Translations under genes and position numbers: made by a program
Assembly (NCBI GenBank): GCA_963674595.2
Contig: CAXXFV010000015.1
Span: 316,692-380,691 of the forward strand
Reading direction: 5' to 3'
Length of the DNA stretch: 64,000 nucleotides
DNA from: a bacterium
Lineage (GTDB): Bacteria; Zhuqueibacterota; Zhuqueibacteria; Residuimicrobiales; Krinioviventaceae
The notes under the pieces: model-generated
Databases searched by the model: none
What the model saw: only the letters and a program-made list of their open reading frames with translations
What the model was told of the DNA's origin: nothing
Shown: piece after piece, positions 47,867 through 58,145 of the stretch
How the letters are laid out: the number at the start of each line of letters is the position of its first letter
Numbering within the stretch: the first letter of the stretch is position 1

Positions 47867-50311
47867 CTACGGATGTTGTATGACGGGTAATTTTGAGTCT
47901 ATTTTTACACGATATGAATAATCTATCGGTACCCGAATTTTATAATAAAGATTGCCGTCCTGTTTCCACCATTTTAAATAAACAACATCCTTTCCAACCG
48001 GGATCGAACCTTCGCACCAGTTTAAATCAAGGTCGGTAATTTTAACCTGGACATTTTTATTAACAGGATCAATTTCATAAATGCCCAGCACATCTCTGTA
48101 TAAAACATGGTTAATATAGGATGCAAACCCATGATTGCAGCTAGCTTTTTGACTCATGTGTTCCCAAAACGTGCCTGTTCGCAACGCCATGTCTAAAAAA
48201 TAATCTTTGACCTCTTTTAATAACTGCGCTGTTTTGCCATATCTGGATAAAAGCTCCATTCTCAGATAATTGCCGATAAATGCATTGGCAAAATGTACAT
48301 CCGGGAAAGCATTGGTGCTTTTACGGTCCGGACCGAATTTTTCGCATAATGTTTTCCAAAGTTCCGGTTGTGATTCGGGTGTAACAATTCCAAAAAAGAA
48401 GGCGTAATATTGGCACACTTCAGTGAAATTTGAGGTGGTAACCAGATCCTTTCCCTGGCGTTCAGCATTATCGCAGAAAAAATCGCCTTTAAAGGATTGT
48501 TGAAAAATGGTATTGATTATTTTTTCCGCTTTTTGTTCATATTCCGGCATGTTGTATAAACGGGAGGCTGTTTTTAGGGTGGCGGCATACAACATATTGC
48601 TCGGATAATTTACATCCTGAACAAAGTCATTTGCCTTTGACCATTCTACAAAAACCCAGCTTTCCAGGTTTTCCAGCAGGCCGTCTTTGTTTTCAAACTT
48701 TGTAAAATAGTCCAACAGATCAATTACACGATTTTTTAAAGAGGCAATTAATTGCTTGTCTCCGTTTCTGTATTTATACTCTTCCAGTTGAATAACAAAC
48801 CACATGGCCCAGTTGGGAATAAAGACACCGTCATAATGATCTGCCGGATAACACATGGGAAGCATGCCTTTTGGCAGATGTTCAAAGGTCTTGGGAAGCG
48901 CAAAATTTTCGATAAAATTGGTTTCTGTGGTGATATTTCGGCACAGGTCAAAAGCGACTTTTGAGCTGAAATAGCTGTCACAAAGCCAGCCGGCCCTTTC
49001 ACGGGACGGACAGTCCATAAAAATATCAATGACATTTTGACGAAATGTTTGTACACCGGCTTGAAATAAAATGTTCAATTCGTGGTCGCTGGCTGAAAAC
49101 CGGGCGATTTTTGTATCCGGATTGGCATATTCGCGAAGATATATGTTATTTATCCTAACCGATCCCTGCAAACAGGAGGCTTTAATATACCGCATGGTAT
49201 AGGGTTCAAAGGATTCAAACTGGTAAATTCCCGGTTCTAAATAAAGAGGGATGATATTGGCACATCCCAAACGTCTGAAATTGACGTCACCGTTTGTTAG
49301 AATTTCATCAAAAGAGAGGTATAATAATGATGCTTCTTTACATTCAACCGTTATACCCGGGAATCCTGATAAATTTGTCCCCAAATCAAAAATGCTGAAT
49401 TGATTAATGTCCAGTTTACAGTCTAGTGCCGGTGTTGAAATGGGTTTGTCGATTGTTTTAACAGTGGAACGATAGTTTTCAAGTTCTATAGTCGGAATAA
49501 TTTCCAGTTCATCTTCTTCATATCCCTTTAATTTTTCGCTGATTTTGGTTAAGGAACGGTCTTTCCAATATATGTCTAAATATATCTCTTCAAGTGTACC
49601 TTTGGCTGAATGCCATAGTACCGGTTTTTTTACAAAATCCGGATAAGGAATTCGGCGTGGGATCAGGTTTTTTGCCGGTAATATGTCGCACTCTGTCTCA
49701 AAATTTGAAATACCTTTTATTCGCCAGTCGGCATATTCGGGAGATAATTTATAGACTTCCATAAACGGACGCTGAAAGCTAAAACGTTGTACTTTTTGAA
49801 GACGTTCCGTTAATATATGTGCCTTAATTTTTTCACCTGTTCCTGCTGTAGAAGCCAGCACCTTGCCGTTGTCTGTAATTTCCGCCTGTAAAAACGAAGG
49901 CTGGTCCAGAACATAGTAGCTGTTGCTGTTATAACCGGCTACTTCTACAGCGATATGGTTGGTGCCGTTTTTTAAATTGGTTAACGTCCATTCATCAACC
50001 CGGAAATAGCCATGCGGACCACGGGCCGGTCCGTGGCCTAAAAATGTTCCGTTGACAAAAATTCTGTATAATGTAGAGGCGGCAATTGTAATGACTGGAT
50101 TGGAATTTTGATCGAATTGAATTTCTGTATAAAAACCGGTGATAACATTCATCTCTGTATCGCGGCCTTTGGGCCAGACGGGTTTTGCTGTCTGGAAATA
50201 TTGTGATGGCGTTTTCATTTCTTGAGGACCTTGATTAATGGGTTGAGCACTGCTGGTATCGGTATAATGAAAAACCAAGAGTGCCGTAAACAAAACGAAA
50301 TATTTGCTCAT
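47867..50311 (-). CDS. Alpha-L-rhamnosidase (GH78-like)
   Basis: YRIFVNG..GPAR; MDCPSRERAGWLCD; GTFWE; SCNHGF; signal peptide. Confidence 0.85.
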   Translation of the reverse strand: MSKYFVLFTALLVFHYTDTSSAQPINQGPQEMKTPSQYFQTAKPVWPKGRDTEMNVITGFYTEIQFDQNSNPVITIAASTLYRIFVNGTFLGHGPARGPHGYFRVDEWTLTNLKNGTNHIAVEVAGYNSNSYYVLDQPSFLQAEITDNGKVLASTAGTGEKIKAHILTERLQKVQRFSFQRPFMEVYKLSPEYADWRIKGISNFETECDILPAKNLIPRRIPYPDFVKKPVLWHSAKGTLEEIYLDIYWKDRSLTKISEKLKGYEEDELEIIPTIELENYRSTVKTIDKPISTPALDCKLDINQFSIFDLGTNLSGFPGITVECKEASLLYLSFDEILTNGDVNFRRLGCANIIPLYLEPGIYQFESFEPYTMRYIKASCLQGSVRINNIYLREYANPDTKIARFSASDHELNILFQAGVQTFRQNVIDIFMDCPSRERAGWLCDSYFSSKVAFDLCRNITTETNFIENFALPKTFEHLPKGMLPMCYPADHYDGVFIPNWAMWFVIQLEEYKYRNGDKQLIASLKNRVIDLLDYFTKFENKDGLLENLESWVFVEWSKANDFVQDVNYPSNMLYAATLKTASRLYNMPEYEQKAEKIINTIFQQSFKGDFFCDNAERQGKDLVTTSNFTEVCQYYAFFFGIVTPESQPELWKTLCEKFGPDRKSTNAFPDVHFANAFIGNYLRMELLSRYGKTAQLLKEVKDYFLDMALRTGTFWEHMSQKASCNHGFASYINHVLYRDVLGIYEIDPVNKNVQVKITDLDLNWCEGSIPVGKDVVYLKWWKQDGNLYYKIRVPIDYSYRVKIDSKLPVIQHP

Positions 50312-50353
50312 GCCTGATCTCCAAAAGGTTTTATCAATATGGGGGAAAATGTT

Positions 50354-50812
50354 TTAGGAATATTCAGCCAGTTCCAGAATAACACCGTCGGGATCATAGA
50401 AATAAACCAGGGATTTTTCTCCTTTTTGATGTTTTACTGTGGACGATGGGACCTTGACAGGATCGCTTAAAAAACGCACGTTTGCTTTTTCCAGTTTGGC
50501 GGTTGCTTTTTTGATGTCATCAACCTGAAATGCCACGTGTCTGATACCTGTGGTATTTGCTAATGAATTTGCCGGGATGGATTGGCCTTCCGGTGATTTA
50601 TAACATAATAACTCAATTCGTACATTGGCGTTCGGTGGCTCTAAAAAAACAACATCGGCTGTGACGTTTTTCAGATTGACGACCTTATCGATCCATTCTC
50701 CCTGTAAAACTGCCTGGCGGGTCACACGAAAACCCAACAGTTCCGTGTAAAAAGTCACAGATTTTTGCAAATCCGATACGACAATATTTAAATGATCAAT
50801 TTGTTTTATCAA
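50354..50812 (-). CDS. VOC/glyoxalase family protein
   Basis: IDHLNIVVSDL; RHVAFQVDD; YFYDPDGVILEL. Confidence 0.88.
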   Translation of the reverse strand: MIKQIDHLNIVVSDLQKSVTFYTELLGFRVTRQAVLQGEWIDKVVNLKNVTADVVFLEPPNANVRIELLCYKSPEGQSIPANSLANTTGIRHVAFQVDDIKKATAKLEKANVRFLSDPVKVPSSTVKHQKGEKSLVYFYDPDGVILELAEYS

Positions 50813-50838
50813 AATTTTTCTTCCATGTCTTGTAATTG

Positions 50839-51653
50839 TTAACTTTTAATAGCGCCTGCTGTTATGCCCTGAATGAATTGTTTTGTGGCAAACAGAAAGA
50901 TAATTATTAATGGGAGCGACGCTATGGTATATCCGGCAAACAGCTCTCCAAAATTCGTATATCCGGTTGCATAGGCTGTTGCGAAACGCATAATACCTAC
51001 TGTAAGGACCGTAACGCTTTCATCCGTGGTCGTTACCAGCGGCCAGATAAAATTATTCCATACTGCCAGGGAACTGACAATGGCAACAATACCAAAAACC
51101 GGCCGGCTCATGGCCGTGCCGATGTACCAGAATTGCTGAAAATATCCGGCGCCGTCAATGCGAGCGGATTCGAATAATTCTTCCGGCAGTGATTGAAAAA
51201 AGTTGTGAAAAATATAAATAGAAAGTACCTGACCGCCGGAGATATAGGGCAAAATCATAACCCAGAATGTATTTAACAGGTTTAGATTTTTAACCACCAT
51301 AAATGAGGGAACTAGTGTCAGCACCCAGGGAACCATCATAAGCACAATAATGCCGTAATATAATATTCTTTTGCCGGGAAAATTAAACCTGGCAAAAACA
51401 AAACCGGTCAACGCTCCCAGGAAAACAATTCCTGAAACAGAAACAAGGGTTACAAAAATACTGTTCCAGATGTATTTGGATATGGTGGAATAAACCTCCG
51501 TATAGTTTTCTAAATGAAGCGGCCATGTTGGAAGCCAAAAGGAATGGTAAAACTGGAACAGTGATTTAAATGATGAAAAAATCATATACACAAACGGAAA
51601 GAATGTTAAAACAATAAAAAAAGTAAATAATAACCGAAAGAGTATTTTTTCAT
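50839..51653 (-). CDS. Carbohydrate ABC transporter permease (MalG-like); 5' end frameshifted
   Basis: ELFESARIDGAG EAA motif; WNNFIWP. Likely ATG at 51653 is out of frame with ORF 50839..51591. Confidence 0.8.
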
Positions 51654-51654
51654 T

Positions 51655-52560
51655 TTATTTCCAACATGGTTCTATTTTGCTGGAATTCCTGTTCTGTTTA
51701 AAAAATTTATTGCTGAGTATGGTAAAAATGAGCATCATAATAAACAACACAACACCGATTGAACAGGCATATCCCATTCGATTATAGGTAAAGCCGCTGA
51801 AAAACATATACAAACCGGTAGCATTGTCTCGTAGCCGGGCCGCCGTCACCGGTTAATACGTAGACAATTTCAAAACCCTGTAAAACGGAAATGATGGTTA
51901 ATACAAACAACAATTTGACCTGTGATAAAATAAGCGGCAGATGTATTTTAAAAAAATATGCCAAAATTTAGCGCCGTCAATCATGGCCGATTCCATTAAT
52001 GACGTGGGTATATTGTTTAATCCGGCATAGTAAACCAGAATATTAAATCCAATTGCAAATGGAAATCCGACAAAGGCTATAGCTGTCAACGCTGTTTTTG
52101 GGTGACTCAGCCATCCGTAAATCCATTCCGGTTTGCCGATGGCTTCCAGAAAAGCTGTTAAAATACCGGCATCCGAATAAATATATTTCCACAACACCCA
52201 AATAACAACAGCGGAATAAGCATGGGGATGACGAAAAGAATACGTAAAAAATAGTTCCATTTTGATTTTACGGCGTATATCATTTCCGCACGATTAAAGG
52301 AATGGTCATATTCACGATAATAATAAAAATCAAAAGTTTGCTTCATGTTGAGCATACTTTTTAAAAACACAGGGTCACGGAAAAGTTCTTTAAAATTTGC
52401 CAAACCAATAAAAGCCGATTTTCCGCCGATGTCCCATTCAAAAAACGAGCGCAAAACCGCCAGAAATGCCGGATAATAGTTAAAAATTATCAAGAATATA
52501 AAGGTTGGGGCAATTAATCCATATAACGGAAAATACCTATTGAATTGTCGCCGCCCGTTT
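51655..52560 (-). pseudogene. Carbohydrate ABC permease (MalF-like), broken into four frames
   Basis: Fragments NYYPAF..FIGLANF, YYAGLNNIPTSLMESAMIDGA, HLPLI..YVLT.DGGP and RMGYACSIG occur in different frames; 5' boundary approximate. Confidence 0.75.
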
Positions 52561-53725
52561 TCCTGCCATTTTTTTTCATATTCTGAAAGTCCATTTTTCA
52601 GTGTTTATTTTTTCATTAAAATAGCTGCTAAAATTGTTTTCGATATATATTAAATAACCTTCTAAAGAAATTCCGTCATTCAGATAAAGGTCCATCATTC
52701 GGGTCCAGTTGGATTTTGTGCCTGGCATCAAAACTTTCCATCCATTTTACGGCGCAATATCTTCTTTTAAATATTTCATTAAAAGGTTCAAGCTCTTTCA
52801 ACACGTTAACATCTTTAACATTCGGCAGCATCATTTTTGCTTCATTAATACTTTTTCGATATTTTGCGGGGCTGTTAGAACATTAAAAAGTCAACGACCT
52901 GTTCCAGGTGATTATAAATTAGTGCAGAATTGGTTACATGCAGTTGTACGGCAGATCCTCCGATAACAGAGGCTTGTACGCCGACTGCAAATTTTGATGT
53001 TTCTTTGGTTATGGGCGGCAAGTAAAAAATACCCCATTCAAAGTCAATATACGGATCAAGTGTTAATCTTCGGGTAAACCAGCTTCCATCCCAAACCATG
53101 GCTGCACGTTGACTGAGAAAAAGTCTTGCAGAATCTGTGTTTTTCATTTCTTTTGACCAGTACTTGCGCCACTGTTTTAGCAGTTTGGTTGTTTCCACCC
53201 ATCGTGGATCATTTCGTGTAAAATACCCTTTTTGAAAAAGAAACGCCAGTTCCTGAATCGTCAGGTAATGTGTCATATATTCAGATTGGCTCTCCATGGA
53301 TTCTTCAACGTCCAGCTTTTCGATAATATCATAATACAGCATGTCAAAAATAACATCCAGTCCCCAGTTGGCCACCAGATTTGGTGAGGACGCCAACGGG
53401 TGTGATGTATGGGGCAGCCAGTTTTTCCTGGAGTAACATAAACTCCTGCCAGGTTTTAGGGACCCTGAGGTTATATTTTTTAAACAGATCTTTGTTATAA
53501 AATATGGCTGTTTCAACAATGTCCATAGACAAACAATAGAGTTTTCCATTTGGGGCGCGTTTTGCATTGACCAAAGCGAGGTTGAGAAAAGAATCCATCC
53601 ATCGTGTGTTGTCTTTTATGTATGGATTGGGACGTTCCAAAAATTCATCCAGCGGAATATACCACCCTTTTGGAATATCCTGCCAGGTAATTTCAGCATT
53701 TTGGGCGATAACGTCCGGCGCAATT
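52560..53725 (-). pseudogene. Sugar ABC solute-binding protein, frameshifted and 5'-truncated
   Basis: IAPDVI..IPLDEFLERPNPY..IFYNKDLFKKY..PKTWQEF and LFLSQRAAMVWDGSW..FEWGIFYLPP lie in different frames; no signal peptide or N-terminus; boundaries approximate. Confidence 0.75.
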
Positions 53726-53841
53726 CTTGAACACTCCAAGGCGGCATATGCAAATGCCTGGTCATTAGTTATGGAGCAACTGTTAAGAGCGAGATAACCT
53801 TTTGGATTTCTACCCTTTGTCGAGAGGACTAAATTCGTTTT

Positions 53842-54066
53842 ATGGCAAAAATGAGAAAATGCCGGATTCTTATCACCGGTGCGGACGGCTTTATCGGCTC
53901 CCATTTGACTGAAGTGCTTCTGACCAAAGGCGCAACGGTCAGTGCCTTCAAGCGGTACAATTCCTTCAACAACTGGGGTCGGTTGGAAGTGATTCCGTCC
54001 CGTGAAAACCTCGAAGTGGTGCGCGGTGACATTCTGCTTCCCCATTTTTGCAAGATAAATTGCTAA
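53842..54066 (+). pseudogene. N-terminal fragment of an NAD-dependent 4,6-dehydratase (LegB-like)
   Basis: ILITGADGFIGSHLTE...YNSFNNWGRLE...GDI, then a stop after about 74 aa. Confidence 0.7.
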
Positions 54067-54338
54067 ATTTATTCCGGAATGGACCATTTTGCTCAATTTC
54101 CCTGAAATTCAAAGGTCTGGAGTATGAAACGTAGAAGCTGGTGGGAATCGGAGAAAATATGCTGACAAAGCGCCAACATTATGCTTTACGCTTTCAAAAC
54201 AAACTATGAACTCATTCGAGACAATGTTGAAGCATGGTTCCAGCGTTGAGCCGGCAAAATGGAAGCTGTAAAAAACGCAACAAAACCCGTCAAAAAGGAA
54301 TTCTGTTGATGAGCAGCCCATGTGAGAGGCAGCGACTT

Positions 54339-55511
54339 ATGAAAATGAAACCCAAAAAGACCATTTCTTATGGACACCAGTGGATTGATGAGACCGATAT
54401 TGAGCAAGTCTCAAAAGCCCTGAGGGCTGATTTTATAACCACCGGACCCGTGGCTGAGGAATTCGAGAATGATTTGTGCGAGTTGACTGGAGCAAAGCAC
54501 GCGATCGTATGTTCAAATGGTACAACGGCACTTCATTTGGCCTGTCTGGCGCTAGGAATTGATGAGAATTCCTTGGGTGTCACTTCTCCAATTACCTTTT
54601 TGGCTTCTGCCAATTGCGTCGAGTTTTGCAATGGTCGTGTGGATTTCATCGATATCGACCCTCACACTTTATGCCTTTCTCCTGAAAGGTTGGAAGAATA
54701 CTGTGAACAAACGGCTGTTCCTGATGTTTTAATCCCTGTGGATTTTGCAGGTGTTCCGGCTGATCTCCCTTCAATAAGGGACTTGTCGCATAAATACGGC
54801 TTCAAAATTATTGAGGATGCTGCTCATTCAATCGGTACAACCTACACCCATAATGATAAACTTTTTCATTGCGGAGGATGTGCACATACAGACCTATCGA
54901 TTTTTTCTTTTCATCCCGTTAAAACGATCACCACCGGTGAAGGTGGGGCTGTTTTGACAAACGATGATGCCATGGCCGATAGAATAAGACGAATGCGAAG
55001 TCATGGCGTGATGAGGCACTCGGATTTACTCGGTCGAAATGATGGCCCCTGGTACTATGAGATGGGTGAACTAAATTTCAACTGCCGTATAACGGATTTT
55101 CAATGCGCATTGGGAAGATCGCAATTGAAAAAGCTACCAAGCTTTAAGCGCCGCAGAAAGGAAATTGTAGAACGCTACAATGCCGCCTTCAGTAATAATC
55201 CAGCCTTAATCACACCGGAAGAGTTTAAAAACGCCTCTCCATGTTACCATCTCTATCCTCTCCAATTTAGAGGAGGAAAAGCAGATAGATACAGAGTGTT
55301 TTCCAGCTTGGCTGGTACCCGGATTTTCTGCCAAATCCATTATATTCCGGTTTACTGGCAACCTTATTACAATAACAAATATGGTTACCCCATTGGAAAA
55401 TGTCCGGAAGCTGAAAACTATTATGCCAGGTGCCTTAGCCTTCCCTTGTACCCCGCCTTGAATGACGATGAAGTTGATTTTATCATCCAGAGGGTTCTTG
55501 AATTCCTGTGA
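54339..55511 (+). CDS. pseC: UDP-4-amino-4,6-dideoxy-N-acetyl-beta-L-altrosamine transaminase (DegT family)
   Basis: ISYGHQWIDE; SNGTTALHLA; EDAAHSIG; FSFHPVKTITTGEGG; WYYEM; context next to pseB. Confidence 0.88.
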   Translation: MKMKPKKTISYGHQWIDETDIEQVSKALRADFITTGPVAEEFENDLCELTGAKHAIVCSNGTTALHLACLALGIDENSLGVTSPITFLASANCVEFCNGRVDFIDIDPHTLCLSPERLEEYCEQTAVPDVLIPVDFAGVPADLPSIRDLSHKYGFKIIEDAAHSIGTTYTHNDKLFHCGGCAHTDLSIFSFHPVKTITTGEGGAVLTNDDAMADRIRRMRSHGVMRHSDLLGRNDGPWYYEMGELNFNCRITDFQCALGRSQLKKLPSFKRRRKEIVERYNAAFSNNPALITPEEFKNASPCYHLYPLQFRGGKADRYRVFSSLAGTRIFCQIHYIPVYWQPYYNNKYGYPIGKCPEAENYYARCLSLPLYPALNDDEVDFIIQRVLEFL

Positions 55512-55598
55512 TTTTCGGATGATGGGGATTTGGTATGTTGAAAGGTGATCCCTTTGGCCGGGGCGTAACGAGTTTGATTAGGAACTTACCCAAAATCC

Positions 55599-56078
55599 AT
55601 GATTTCAGGGCACTTCAGGCTGCTAAATTGGCTCAATAGAAGAAAGCGGTTTTCTATGCTCAAAGACAAATACCGACTTGAAACCCTTCCCCTTACGGAA
55701 GAATTTCTGCGCGAAAAGCGTCTTATTCAGGAAAGGGGAGAACTTGTGCTTCTATCTGACGGTGAAGAGATTCGGCACATTACGTTTTTTACACTTAAAC
55801 CTGGCCCAGGTTATTTCAGGGGCGGCCACTATCATCGGAAAAAATCTGAAAGTTTTTACCTTATATCCGGGCATGCCCGGTTGCACCTGGTGGAGGTTGA
55901 AACAGGTGAAGAATCGGAAATCGATGTCTTTCCAGGCCAAAGGGTGACGATTTTTTCCATGTGTGCACACAAATTCAAAGCCATAAGCGAGGTGCATGTC
56001 ATTGAATATTATTCAAAGCCCTTCGATCTGTCGGACGACATCCGGTTTGAAGGCTTTAAAGGGGGGAAAGAATGTTGA
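55599..56078 (+). CDS. Cupin (WxcM/FdtA-like sugar isomerase) protein
   Basis: ERGEL; RGGHYHRKKSESF; AHKF. Confidence 0.7.
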   Translation: MISGHFRLLNWLNRRKRFSMLKDKYRLETLPLTEEFLREKRLIQERGELVLLSDGEEIRHITFFTLKPGPGYFRGGHYHRKKSESFYLISGHARLHLVEVETGEESEIDVFPGQRVTIFSMCAHKFKAISEVHVIEYYSKPFDLSDDIRFEGFKGGKEC

Positions 56079-57058
56079 ATAACAAAAACGTCCTTATTAC
56101 CGGCGGCACAGGGTCATTTGGGAAAAAAGCCGCCGAAATCATCTTAAGACGCTTTCAGCCCAACAAGCTCATCATTTTCAGCCGAGACGAACTCAAGCAA
56201 TTTGAGATGGCGCAGCAATTCCCACACACTACCTACCCCTGCCTCCGTTACTTTATCGGCGACGTCCGGGATAAAGAACGGCTGGATCGGGCGTTTCAGG
56301 GGGTGGATTACGTGATTCACGCCGCAGCCCTGAAACAGGTTCCGGCTGCGGAGTACAATCCCTTTGAGGCGGTGAAGACCAACATCCTCGGCGCCCAGAA
56401 CGTGATCAACGTGGCCATAGACAAAAAGATCAAACGGGTGATTGCACTCAGCACGGACAAAGCGGCCAATCCCATTAACCTCTATGGGGCAACTAAGCTT
56501 TGTTCGGATAAGCTTTTTATTGCCGGTAATGCCTATGTCGGCCGCGACCACACCCGTTTCGGAGTCGTTCGGTATGGTAATGTGCTGGGCAGTCGCGGAA
56601 GCGTGATCCCCTTTTTCCTCGAGATGCGAGAGACAGGTGTCCTTCCCATTACCGATTCTCGTATGACGCGATTTTGGATTACGTTGGAAAAGGGAGTGGA
56701 TTTTGTTCTTCAATCTCTGGAAAGGATGGTAGGTGGAGAAATTTTTGTTCCCAAGATCCCCAGCATGACCATTGTAGACCTGGCCCAGGCCGTTGCTCCG
56801 GAGTGCAAAACTGAAATAGTCGGCATCAGGCCAGGAGAAAAATTGCACGAGGTGATGGTGCCCAAAGACGATGCCCGAAACACTGCCGAATTTTCGGATC
56901 ATTATGTGATAAAACCGCAGTTCCGGTACTTCGACCGACGTTTCAACAATAGCGATTCAAAATCGGTCGCGGATGATTTTGAATACAATTCTGGCACCAA
57001 TCCTTGGAGGCTAAGTATTGAGGAAATGCAGAAGATGATACAAGAATTGAGAGTATAG
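56072..57058 (+). CDS. pseB: UDP-N-acetylglucosamine 4,6-dehydratase (inverting)
   Basis: ITGGTGSFG; FSRDELKQ; HAAALKQVPAAEYNP; STDKAANPINLYGATK; GIRPGEKLHE. Confidence 0.95.
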   Translation: MLNNKNVLITGGTGSFGKKAAEIILRRFQPNKLIIFSRDELKQFEMAQQFPHTTYPCLRYFIGDVRDKERLDRAFQGVDYVIHAAALKQVPAAEYNPFEAVKTNILGAQNVINVAIDKKIKRVIALSTDKAANPINLYGATKLCSDKLFIAGNAYVGRDHTRFGVVRYGNVLGSRGSVIPFFLEMRETGVLPITDSRMTRFWITLEKGVDFVLQSLERMVGGEIFVPKIPSMTIVDLAQAVAPECKTEIVGIRPGEKLHEVMVPKDDARNTAEFSDHYVIKPQFRYFDRRFNNSDSKSVADDFEYNSGTNPWRLSIEEMQKMIQELRV

Positions 57059-57377
57059 TTTTCATTATTCCGATCTACTTTATTGAATAAGGGCATTGGG
57101 CTAATCGTTTAAAATTCGCATCACGCCATTTGATAGTTTTCTGAATCTACGGGGCTGGCAAACCTGTACAACCTTGCAGAAAAAGTATGCAGAGGATTCT
57201 TAGCCGCGAAGGATGACTTGGTCTAAGCAGAAATATTTGAACTTGACATTTTTTGAGAACTGATGCGATGAGGGGTTTTTCATGCACGGGAATTGCCCCG
57301 GCCAATTTATTCCCAATCATCTCATTAACTCTTTGTCAAAAGTGCTTTTACAAACATCATTTTTTTAGAGGTTATCC

Positions 57378-58073
57378 ATGAATGTTGCGATTATCCCCGC
57401 GCGTGGCGGTAGCAAGCGCATCCCCAAGAAAAACATCCGGTTGTTTTGTGGAAAGCCCATGGTAGCATGGCCCATTGATTCTGCAAGGCAGTCGGGTCTG
57501 TTTGAGCGGATCATCGTATCCACAGATTCCGAGGAAATCGCCCAAATTTCCAGAGATTGTGGAGCGGAGACACCCTTCATGCGGCCTGCGCAATTGTCCG
57601 ATGACTATACGGCTACAAGGCTGGTTATAAACCATGCCATCGGTCAGATCACAAAGCGATATGCTCGGCCCGACCATGTTTGCTGTATATATCCAACTGC
57701 TCCGTTTGTAAGCCCTTCGGATTTGAAAAAGGCATTCGAATTATTGAATAAAATGGATTGCCAGTTTGTATTTACGGCCACAAGTTTTCCTTATCCCATC
57801 CAACGGGCTTTTAAGCTGACGCATGGTGGTCGGCCTGAGATGTTCTTCCCGGAGTTTCGGCAAACAAGGTCGCAGGATTTAGAAGAAGCGTTCCATGATG
57901 CAGGCCAGTTTTACTTCGGAAAAACGCAGGCCTTTCTGGATGACATCCCAACATTCTCTCATGCATCTATACCTTTTATTCTGCCCCGCTACAGGGTCCA
58001 TGACATAGACACACAAGATGACTGGGACTATGCTGAGCTTGTATTCAATGCCTCTACCAGCATGAGAGAATGA
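57378..58073 (+). CDS. pseF: Pseudaminic acid cytidylyltransferase
   Basis: IIPARGGSKRIPKKNI; CCIYPTAPF; RSQDLEEAFHDAGQFY; DIDT. Confidence 0.9.
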   Translation: MNVAIIPARGGSKRIPKKNIRLFCGKPMVAWPIDSARQSGLFERIIVSTDSEEIAQISRDCGAETPFMRPAQLSDDYTATRLVINHAIGQITKRYARPDHVCCIYPTAPFVSPSDLKKAFELLNKMDCQFVFTATSFPYPIQRAFKLTHGGRPEMFFPEFRQTRSQDLEEAFHDAGQFYFGKTQAFLDDIPTFSHASIPFILPRYRVHDIDTQDDWDYAELVFNASTSMRE

Positions 58074-58145
58074 AGTAACCAGTATGATTGTTTTTGCCTC
58101 CAGTAATGGGCCGCACAAGCCAGCTTTGAGTCAGTCCTTGAAGGA

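Noticed and set aside
53344-54096. 250-aa - strand ORF as a single real gene
   Set aside because: It is a read-through across the junction: antisense of the LegB-like fragment joined to part of the solute-binding protein
56144-56902. 252-aa antisense ORF inside pseB
   Set aside because: Shadow frame of a conserved GC-richer gene, with no recognisable motifs
57059-57377. ncRNA or ops/JUMPstart element in the pseB-pseF gap
   Set aside because: No recognisable motif or stable stem found by eye
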